From Paraglomus brasilianum (taxonomy: Eukaryota): DNA of 44,749 nt. The notes below the pieces were generated by a model, which searched no databases, was not told the DNA's origin, and worked only from the letters and a program-made list of their open reading frames with translations. The stretch covers positions 1 to 44,749 of the forward strand of contig CAJVPI010000183.1 of assembly GCA_910592345.1 (NCBI GenBank), in the 5' to 3' direction. The first letter of the stretch is position 1; every line of letters begins with the position of its first letter. Position numbers and translations under genes: made by a program. Positions 24,341-35,241 of this stretch are shown here, piece after piece.

Positions 24341-24944
24341 TAGGTCTATTGTGACAAACTTTGACTGTTTACTGATAATAAAAAGTGCATTACTGTGGGG
24401 TTTTTTTAGCAACTAGTGTGCTAAATAATCAATTATAATGCGCAATAATAAGGCTGACATGGAAATATATGTCAATTGCTTTCAGGTGTATTTGGTTAAA
24501 TCAATTATGCAATCGATGAACAAAATGCAACTGAAAAGGTTTTTAGGGCGTCACATAATGCATCAAATTTACTTTTTCCGTTTTTCATATAACGATAGCG
24601 ATAGCTTTTTAATCATTCGATAATCCTCCGTATAAAATAATTAGGGTAATTAATCTAAAAGCATAACCCACTGCTCTTTGTTTTTATATTTATTTATCGT
24701 TATTATTCAAATTAATCTTTTGCTTATATTCCTCCGTCACTTGGACAAAATCTTCATCTTTTAAATCACTCACCAAAGTTTTTAACATGATAAATATTAT
24801 CAGCTTAAATATGCCGACTGCATTTATAATCCGGCATAGCATAATATTTACCGGGTCCTAAATGGTCGCGGTTAGAAGTAATTAAAGCATGATATCAATA
24901 AAAAAATCAAATTTAATAATGATTGAATATTATAGTTTTTTTTT

Positions 24945-26400
24945 ATTTGTATTTGAGACAAATTATCTTGCAGCCGAAGAACGCATCGTTTTCTTGGTTT
25001 TTGAGTTTGCCAGAACATCTGTTATAGTTAATATTAATATAACTTTGACCTAAGTTCCATGGTGTAATTTTGGCGATTTATGCTGTGGCCGAGTTGACCA
25101 TCGGACGTACAGTACATTCCGGTTAGCTAAATTTTGCATTCCATCAGACAAACTTATTGGTCAGATTCAAGTCAATGTCATGTGAGCGCAACACGGTTGC
25201 TGGGGTAGTTATCATTTGTCCGGAACAGTCTTTAGGTTATTGCAACAAAAATGGCATAGATATTGTAGGGCTTCTAACAGGCAACTCGTCTTCCTCATTA
25301 TTCTGATTTTCATTATCTTCTAGCATAACGTCTATATAAATTTATATCCCGGATTAAGTACGTGTACGAGTAATGATGCGATTCTTCTCTCCAACAATGA
25401 CAATTATCTTAGATGAATTTCAAACGAGAATACATAATCATCTAACACTGAGAGTCAGAATAAGATTTGATAATTCAACGATTGCAGAAATATTAGAGAT
25501 GAATATGAAAATGCAAGCCCGGGTGACTGATGCCAATCGTTTGTGGAAAGACTTATTAATCTAAAAACTTACATTATGACTACATGCGTCAAGTACTGGC
25601 TTGACAGATTAAATGGATTATTTATTTAGAAAGATTAAGTGAAGTGTTAAGTCGACTCTCGAAGGAAATCGAATACCACCCGTTCTGTAATGTGAAAATT
25701 AGACGTTCAATAAATGCGCAATCAAGCTTTTAGTTAGTCGTGTAATTTTTATTGTTGTCTCGTGATAACTTGTTCCGCGGGACATTTCCACAAAATTCGA
25801 AAATGATTAGCAAGTTTAGCTTGTTCCGTGATCGCTATCTGGCGGGACATTTTAAAATCGATATTATTCCGTGACTTATAACATTGTTTTGTCACGTCAA
25901 TGATAAAATCTCGCACTTACATAACTATCGTTGCCACACACATTTTAACAAAATGGCTTGTACCTGAGATCGAATACTGATGATGTTCAGTAGTATCTAT
26001 TTAGGAAGGAATATTCAATAAGTTTACCCCAATTTTCTCTGCGTACAATAATGTGCGTTAGAACACTCATCCCAAAAAAACTCGAGCTTCTTAAATCAAC
26101 CGCCGTATTTACGAAAATCACTCTTAACTGTTAACTGCCCAATCAAAGAACTAATTAAATTATAGCCTCATCCAGATACACTCTCCCCTGTTTCTCATTC
26201 TAAAGAATAAAAAGTTTGTTTACTCCGATTCGACAGCTGCCGAATACAAAGGCTAATGATTGATTTGTCCAGTCAACCATCCCGTGATCTCGGGAAAAAA
26301 AAAGATCAGTATTAATCGCCAACCAAAATCAACAATCCAAGAAACTGACTTCATCCACAATAAATTAAGATTCACTACAGTTTAAAGACAGAAAACCCCA
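24945..26400 (-). repeat. Inverted paralog of 9925-11880 with its own insertion at about 25210-25940
   Basis: Blockwise reverse-complement identity with the 9925-11880 segment, for example TATAGCCTCATCCAGATACACTCT.CCCTGTTTCTCATTCTAAAGAATAAAAAGTTTG. Confidence 0.9.
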
Positions 26401-27920
26401 ATATTCAGTTCAAATAATTTCACTATAATAACAAATATGACAAGCACGGTTTGGCAGATGAAATAGAACGATTAAGTAGATAAATGATGGTGTCGGTTAC
26501 TTAGAAGATTTTATAAACAATTAGTCAATGAGTTTAATAGATCGTATAAAGATACAATGATGAAAAGAAAGAACACGGCAGCAAAATGGTCGAGTTATAA
26601 ACAATTTAGTCAATGAATTTAATAGATCGTAAAATATTATTCGCCAAAAATTACACAGAAAACGTATGTATCGAAATGTCATTCTTATGAAATAGAACGA
26701 GCGGGAATATGAATGATGTTAAACGATAGTAGTTACTTGGAAGATTTACAATTGATCCGCAAATCTGTGAATAAACTATGACATAAATTTTGGGCCCTGT
26801 ATTAGCGTTGATGTAAGGACATCTATTTGGACAATTAATGCATCTATTATGTTGTGAGATAAATATTTATAAAAGAACACAGTCGGGATAGCCAAATTAT
26901 ATTCTATGCCATATCATTTCGCATTTGAGTGTTGTCTTTACAGTGGCAACGGCCCTCAACAAAGTTCGTGCTCGTAGAACGTTTGTCGAAAATTTTGACG
27001 AGACATGGCATTTGTATTTATTTGTGGGTGAAATGCTTAGAGAATAGTGTAAGGGTAATAAAAATTATGTTACATAAATCAGACGACAAAGCAAGATGAT
27101 TTGGAAAGTTTAAACAATAGTAAAGAGACGTTAGTAAAAGTACATATGGTAGCGCTATTGTCGTGTAAGTGAGTGATGGTTTCTGCCACTTACATAAGTT
27201 ATCAAGGGAAAAATATGTTGTGGCAAGTCAGGACCGAGTTTCTTTTAGAATGTTTACTTTTAAACGCATGCGAACGGGTTGATCAGCAAAATTAAGAAAT
27301 TCCCCCACAGGCTTAAATAAATTTACATCGAATTTGTTTTCTTCATCACGCGAATTGTGGTGAAATCTATGTTAACGAGCATTTTTATAATTATTTGCGA
27401 TTACATATGAATAAAAAATTAGCGATGTGTTGACGAGTATTATGCGCGCGCGTAGGAGATGGGCGACAAAAGAATGATAAGAATTTCAGGCAAGAGTGGA
27501 TAGTGGCGTATTTCAATCTGTCATCGTTGGACAAAGGTAAATATTTGAGTAATTGATAAGGCAAAAGCTTTTTGGGTTAGTGGCGTATTTCCAAGTTTAG
27601 TGGAGGTAGAAAACAATCGTTTTTTTCAAAAATTGAAATTTAAACTGAGAGATCAAACTTTTTACTTGACAAAATCAATCAGTGAACGCTGTCTGTGGTT
27701 AAATTGCGTTATTTTATTTGTTATCGTATGGTATAACAACAAAAGAACAATTGTTCTCAAAAGGAATCAGCGAACGTTCTCTGTCGTGAAATGGTATAAC
27801 GACAAAGAGTTGTTTTTTTAGGGGAAAGGGCGCATTTCTAATCAGGTGAGGTATAGTGTTGAGGTGTAAACATATTGTGGCTATAGAAATAAAAAGGGAA
27901 TACAATGATACCGTAGATGG

Positions 27921-28720
27921 TACGGAGACTGTAATGCAGCGATAACGTTTATCGGAAAGGCTCTTATGTGCATTTCAAATATTCATAATAAATTTGGAAT
28001 GGTTTATGTGCGGCTTAAACTAAATCGTCATATGTGAAATAATGACTATATACTTACCCCGGGATAGAACGTAATATTCAATGACTAGATAGTTCTTTTT
28101 TTTTTTTTCCCACGTATTTGATAAATGATGTTATATACATCATTGATAAAGAAAATTATTGGTTTGAGATATTTTATTTTTTAAGCCAATAAGAAACATG
28201 AACATAATGTTGTTCGTTATATTTCTTTAAATGGTATGTTTTTTTATTGACGGAATAATGTCGTAAGACCCGAAGGAAAGAAGGTGTGCGATGCTTGGGT
28301 GGTGGTGGTATATAAGATTTTCCAAAAATTAAAAGAAGTTGGTGATATTACAAGTGATAGCGATGAAATTGTACCTAGGTGCCTACGGTTTTATAACACA
28401 AACTAAAGTAAAGCCCACATGTTCATGTAAAATGTATTTAACCGCCGATGAATACCCAAGATTTGTAATTAGCCGATATTGTGTGAAGCAAGTCAAGCAA
28501 AAAAACTACATTACGATTATTATTATGTCATACATTAAAAACGACGGGATCGTCCAAGAACAGTAATTGTAACGGGTAGATTTTGAAATTACTACGTTGC
28601 CTTTCTTTGTTATAAATCTTGGAGGCGTTAGTCAACCAATGATCTTTCATCTGTTTTACTATTATAATAATACAATAATATGAACTATCCCACATGTATA
28701 GTACAATATTACTGTTTGGC
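27921..28720 (+). repeat. Duplicate of 20751-21500 running into a module core, upstream of receptor kinase copy 2
   Basis: Collinear with 20751-21500. The core GCGTTAGTCAACCAATG is at 28625, followed by ATGAACTATCCCACATGTAT. Confidence 0.9.
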
Positions 28721-29608
28721 AATCAAAGGCAGGCGAACCGGGAAAGTAAATCGCAATTTAAACTGGGTAACATGGCACTATGAGATAATATCATATCGCA
28801 TTAAATGCAAAATAAGAATTACTTCCATAATAGCTGACAGCGTACATTATTGGTTGTTAGTAGCAGCTGAGTGATATTCCGCTTGCAGCTTGAGAACCTA
28901 ATTCAAACCGGCTAACACATTGATACATGCATATTACTGCAAACGCATCGCAGTATAAAAATGACGCCATTGCATCAACAAGAACTGCAACTAACTCTTT
29001 TCCTTGTTCAATTTTCGCACTAACCTTCAAATACCCGTTTATCGTAAATTTTCGTCGTGAAACAACATTGTACGAAAGTTTCATCATCATGGAAGTGTCT
29101 CGAACAAGTTTGAAATAAAGAATCGAGATATATTGACATCTTTCTGTAATACTAAAAATGTAATCAGTGCAACAACACTGTATGTCGGAGAAAATCTCCG
29201 TCAAGACTCTATTTTAAAATCACTTAAAGAATGTAACGTCTTGTACGACAAAGCCCGCAGACAAAGATTTTTGTTAAAGCTTCGTTCATTGTGTGAACTG
29301 AAACAGGAGCATGCGGTTTGTCGAGACTCACTTGTACTATGAAAAAAACCGGTTTAGAGATGTCCTGTCTTTGACCACATTGCAACGTGCGATAAACAAA
29401 CTAATTAACAGTTACTTGTTTTGGAATGTTGATTCCAATTCTGCGACTCCTCCATTTGTCCATAAAATGCTCGACAATATCCTCTTGACATTAGCAACAT
29501 GATATCGTCTTAGCACTATCGACTTTTTTTTTTTTACATCGCAGGGTTTTCTCTCTCTTATTCCGTTCATTACTCTGGGAGTAAAAAGTTCATTGCCTTA
29601 TCACCACC

Positions 29609-32600
29609 ATGTTCCCATCCACTCTGCATAATCCCAACACATTTCCTTCCGTCTTTCTTCTTGCCCTTCTTACTCTTCTCAGTTTCCCCATCTCTTCTAA
29701 CTCTCAAACCAGTAATATCGATCCAGCTCCGGGACCACGGAGTGATCACTGTGTATTCGCCCACAATGGCAGCTTTTACGTATTTGGTGGTGTGGGCAAT
29801 GTAAATAAGGGCAATGATAACCATTCCTACTTTAGTTACATCAAAGCGCCCTTCGATGTAACAGATCCCAAATGGACTTCTCTGCCAGTAGCAAAGGCCA
29901 CAAAAGTTAGTCGGCCAGCGTGCTCTGTTACATCAGATGGTATCTTATACGTGACTGGCGGTGATCCAAGTGATAATAAGTATGCCGGCATTCAATCGTT
30001 TAATTTGGAAAAAGGTCAATCGGGCACTTGGGACACACCACCAAAAACTAGGGGATTAAATACGAGTCAATATTTGTCGCATCGACGTGGCCATAAGTCC
30101 ATTGTCGTAAAAACGTCATCGGGAGAAGTGTTGTTTATCTTTGGAGGGTCTGAGTCGAACGATGCGTTTATTTTAAATGTAACAACTTCAACTTGGAAAA
30201 CTGTAGATACAACAGGGGTGAGTATGCAAAATAGTAAAAGAATGTGAATGATTACGCTAGATCCATAGATTATGGTGCGTTGATAAGTCAACCGTAGGCG
30301 CCTGTTAATGATAGTATGTCACATATAACATATGAGATTAATTTGACATCCAGTTATTCTAATTATTCTCTGCCGTCATTCATCGTCTAGCCTGACGCTC
30401 CACCATCCATGGGCGCATTCGCCATAACTTCCTCTAACGATAAAATCTATATCATTGGTACTCCCACCGAAGAGTCTGGCAGAAACCTGTGGGCATTCAA
30501 TATTCCAGAGAGGAGATGGTTTAATCCGCATATTCCCGTAGATATTCCTATGAATGACGTTAAGTATGATGCAGGGATATATAACAATACAGTTTACTTG
30601 ATTTCGTCATCGTCAATGTGGAAATGGAATTTGGGTGAGTTAAGAGTGAAACGTTACACGAATTGATACACAGTACTAATCCGAATTTCGCGTAGTTGAT
30701 AACCATACTGATACACAAGCCCGTACTGGTCTGCAGACTTATGATTACACTTTTGCACAGTTGCCTAACGGCGCTGTTTTTATTGTAAGCTTCTCATACT
30801 TAAAGGATGTCTAGTCTATACCATAATTATTATCTCCTGCATATTAATAATTAACTTCTATCCATTCTCTCAAACTAATTTCAAGACCTATGGCGGGAAA
30901 ACCGGCTCCAAAGCAACTGATACCTTAGCCGCATTCAACGTGACCCAAAATAATTGGGTTACTCAAGTCAATAAACCCGATCTTCCCCATGATCCTCCCC
31001 AAAATCCTCCCAATGATCCTCCGAATACCGGTATCAACAACAACTACAACAAAGTTATATTAGTATTAGAATGTGGAATACCGCCGTTAATACTATTGGC
31101 GGGCATAGTTTCAGGCTTGTGTTTGTATAAACGGAAAAAAAATAAAAAAGAGGAGGAGGAAGAGCTGACAATAGTGGAAACTTGGGGGGCCTTTTTTGGA
31201 AACAACACTGAAACTTTTCAGAAGGACATTGAAACTGGTTTTCGGAAGAGTGCTGAAACTGATTCTCAGAGAGACAGTGTACAGATCTATCGACCACTCA
31301 ATTTTGAAGCGTCTGGTTTTCGACGTGAACGTTGCTCAATTCCGTCAGACACAACTTCAGTACCCGACTTTCAAACATCCACAACTTCACATCATACGGT
31401 GAAACCGAACTTTACCCTCCCTACTCCATCATCAGTTGTAAACGAACTCTGCCCTCGATATAAAGAGACGGCTTTTCCATCGGCTCCAGAGGGTACTATT
31501 CTATCTAACCGATACAAACTCAAGGGAGAGCCAGCATTCGATGTCAGCAAATCCGTTCGTTATGCAAAGGATGAGACTGTGAATAAAGACGTGGCGGTAA
31601 AGTTTTTCTCAAACAAAGATTCATTTGATTGCGAGGTTAAGATGTTGAGATCTCTTCGATCGGACTTTGTTGGTGCGTTGCACGACGCATTTGACATTTC
31701 CAATCCCACTTATTGGAAACATGCTATGATCATGGACTATTATCCTATGAGCTTGGATGTCTTTATCCTTAGCAGAACCGATAGCTTGGATGAATTGTAC
31801 GTGAAGATGATAGTGAGGTCATTGGCACAAGCAATACAGTATGTTCATAGTCACGGAATAGTGCATCTGGATATTCATCCTGGAAACTTTGTACACGAGG
31901 TTGGAGACATAAACAAGTGGAGATTGATTGATTTTGAGTCGGCGAGGGAAGATGGAAAAGAAGATGTTGATATCAGTACATTGGGATATGCTTCGCGTAA
32001 GTAGCATTCTACCGAGCCTTTGAAGGAATATTTATTTCCGTAACATACTGATTTTTCTTTCTCTTAACACAGCCGAACTAATCAATGCAAGTGCATGGGG
32101 TACTAGTATTAAAGCAGATACATCGATGGATATGTGGTCGTTGGGGTGTACGATATACGAGCTGTATACTGGAAGTCCTCTGTTCTTAAATGATCAGGAG
32201 GCTACTAATAGATTATTGGGCGCATATTATACGAAGCACTTTGAATTTCCTGTTAAAAAAGTATCCGACGTTCAAGCACGCCACATACTCGGGAAGTTGT
32301 TGGCCGTTAATCCTATGGAGAGGGCTTCAGTTAAGGAAATTTTAAAAGGAGCATATTTGACTGGCGGTGCTGATAGCGCTCAGGTATATATATCATCAGT
32401 TCTACTATTTTTGTTGTTGTCTGTCGTCTGCCGCTTGCAAACACTCATCTTATGCTTTCTTGCTTTAAAGATACGCAATATGCAGTCAGAATCCACCCAG
32501 AGGATCATTAACACCGTACACCAGAGTACGAACGTTCTTCTTTCCAACATGCAAGAGGCCACTAATATGATATTGTCACAATTCGATGTGGTCGTGAATA

Positions 32601-33266
32601 GTATATCTGATACTAGAGATGCGAGCGTCCCCCGCTTGTTCATGTTATTACCGGAGAAAGAGTCTTACAAAATGTTTAAACCATACGCTTGGGGAAAAAA
32701 TACATTCATAGTTCACATTCTTTGTGAAGGTCTCATTGCTGATAATAGCGAAGCCCATTTCACTGACCATCCTGGTTACAAGGTATGTTTTGCCAAAAAC
32801 GTGCGAATACGATGTTTTCAATGCAGTCGCGTTTATTAACAAGACCAATATTTTGTTACAGATATTACATGCAAACCAGTTTCTTGCCAAGGCTGGCCCA
32901 TACCTCTCTATCTTGGCCACTCTCATAGGGGAGGCTATCTGTTTGTTTACAGGAATAAGAAAAATCCCTTTTAAGACAGACATCGACAGGATAGTGTCCA
33001 ATCAAAGTAAATACTTCAATCAATTATGTGAAGCTATTAACCAGGTAGAAACAGATAAGTTTGTTGCAAGCAATCTAGAAGCAGAACGTGATCCAGTGGA
33101 GTGGATGAAATATGCACAAGACGCTGCACTACGTGAATTTAAAGCGTTCCTGGAAGTGAATGATCCTTCGGGCGAATTCGGTGGATTGTGTAGTATTACC
33201 ATGCGTGATGGACGATGGAGATGGGTTTGTGATAGTTGCAAGGAAAAGGCAGATCACGGACATTAG
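29609..33266 (+). CDS. Kelch-ectodomain receptor-like kinase, copy 2, about 1026 aa
   Basis: Exons 29609-30217, 30391-30634, 30696-30784, 30886-31996, 32073-32383, 32471-32782 and 32862-33266 (3081 nt), with the same intron positions and phases as copy 1. It has a signal peptide, Kelch GG motifs, a Pro-rich stalk and TM VILVLECGIPPLILLAGIVSGLCLY then KRKKNKK. Kinase: VAVK, HLDIHPGN, DFE, YASPE. C-terminus: PRLFMLLP..HILCEG..WRWVCDSC. Confidence 0.92.
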
Positions 33267-33849
33267 TTGTAATTTTAGCTATTAACAGATTTGAATATTA
33301 TAATAATTAATGTGTATAGTTGAGGATATAATAATAGTGGGTCTTTATTGACATTATAGTCGAACATTCGTAAATGGACACTTGTAGTGCCGTTCTATTA
33401 TAGAGTTTGCTAGTCATACTTATTGAAATCATATTAAAGTTTTCATCACCTAACAACTTTCTTAACGATTGATATACGTGAGTAATTGTAATTACGGTTG
33501 CATTTTGTTCAAAGTATACCTGAAGCAATCTCGGCATATCTAGTTTTTAACACACCAGTTGCAAAAATCTACATCAATGTGCTACTTAATATCAGAAATG
33601 ACTTGTAATCTGACTTTTTCCAATTTAATCGCCAAGCGAAAGAGAGATAATCCCCTTTTTAGTATATATCTTTTTGGAATAAAAAGGATTCTTGGCGGGT
33701 TGACTTTTTTGGGACTTTGGCAATTAATTTATCTTGTCACTGCCGAAACTTGAAGCTAAAGAAATTAAAATAGTTTCCGAAATTATTCTTTTTGTAACTT
33801 GTATCACTTGGTAATCCATAGGTTGACGCCGAAAAAAAAGTACAACCTT

Positions 33850-34720
33850 TAACAGAATGCATTCAATAAGTAAGTAAAACCATAACAAGTAAGTAATACA
33901 AACAAAGAATAGCGTTATACAATTTTCGGGCCAAACAGTTAGTAAACCATGCTACTAACCGAGTAAACACTTTGACTCATTGTGAGTTAAAGCATGACGA
34001 ACAGGAGCCCGGAGTTTCAAATTTTTGCCTTTTGATCATGAGAAAATAAATTAACACGAGACTGTTTTATTATTATCAAACCATCATATAAATATTACCG
34101 TGAAATTACAGATTACGACTTATCATGATAAGATGTTTAGCACGATAAATTCATCACGCTGCGGTTTGAATTTCCCTGACGGGGCTTAGATGTGACATCT
34201 CCCAAAGTATCTCAACAAAAAAGCCACATTACGTTTATGTCATACATTAAACAAGAAGAACAGTGATTGTAAGGGGTAATTACTACATTGCTTTCCTTGT
34301 TCTAAATTACATGAATCGTAAGAGGCGTTAGTCAACCAATGGTCTTTTGTAATTGCTTTGTTCGAGTACATTTGCTTTACTAATATAGTATTGATATTAT
34401 CTCCGAAACCACTTGCGGTTTAACATGATGATATGAACTATCCAGCATATGCTTGAACTATCCCACATGTATAGTACAATGTTACGCCATTACAATTATG
34501 CCATGTATTGATGTTAATGTGCTAACCCCGGTTTAACTTGGGTATTACTGCTACTTGCTTGCAGCAAATATCTGCCGTCGGTTGCTAAGATGCGAGTGAG
34601 TCCTGGTGTAAAAAAGGCACAATTGTTATAGTGACAATGTCAGTGGGGATGGTATTACGTCATTTCCATTAACGATTATTTAACGTTAACAATGACAAGC
34701 TAGTGTGATACGGGCTGTCC
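33850..34720 (+). repeat. Module copy between receptor kinase copies 2 and 3
   Basis: Core at 34325; collinear with 39.2-40.2 kb and, inverted, with 22.75-23.6 kb. Confidence 0.85.
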
Positions 34721-35241
34721 GATTTCAACTGTTACCGTTATATTGTATTCCATTCGCAGCCAATTTTGCGTCATATTTCTACTACAAGAACGAGGCTAGT
34801 AAATCATTACAGTCAATGAATGCAACAAAATGGATGAAGACAAAGATTGATGTTCTTTCAACGCAAACAATGAACAGCTAAATTTTAATCTTCAGCCATT
34901 GTACTACATCTGTTCTATCAACTTGTACATGGTGAAACGGGTGCCATTATAGACACCAATTATCGATAAATAAACTGTCATATCAATTCCTCGAATAGGC
35001 AAGGTGCATTCCTTGCACAAAAAGGTAACGTTACATACGATAAACAAACAAACTGAACATCCAGTTTAAGGATTCAGATTCCAATTTTGGTTTCCGTGCG
35101 CAACTGCTCTGGTTCCATAAATACTCGAGATATCCTGCCAGCATTAACAACATTCTTTTTTTTTATCCCTCCTTAGGTATAGAGCAGAGTTTCACTCTTT
35201 AATTAACCCGGGGCTACCCACTCAATTTCCTCCTTCCCACC

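Noticed and set aside
26459..26750. Short imperfect direct repeats (TTATAAACAATT(T)AGTCAATGA.TTTAATAGATCGTA twice; ATGAAATAGAACGA twice)
   Set aside because: They are real but look like ordinary local duplications with no further structure.
28857..29502. Cluster of short ORFs upstream of copy 2
   Set aside because: They overlap on both strands and are not kept open in the paralogous upstream region of copy 1, so they are treated as module or promoter-derived sequence.
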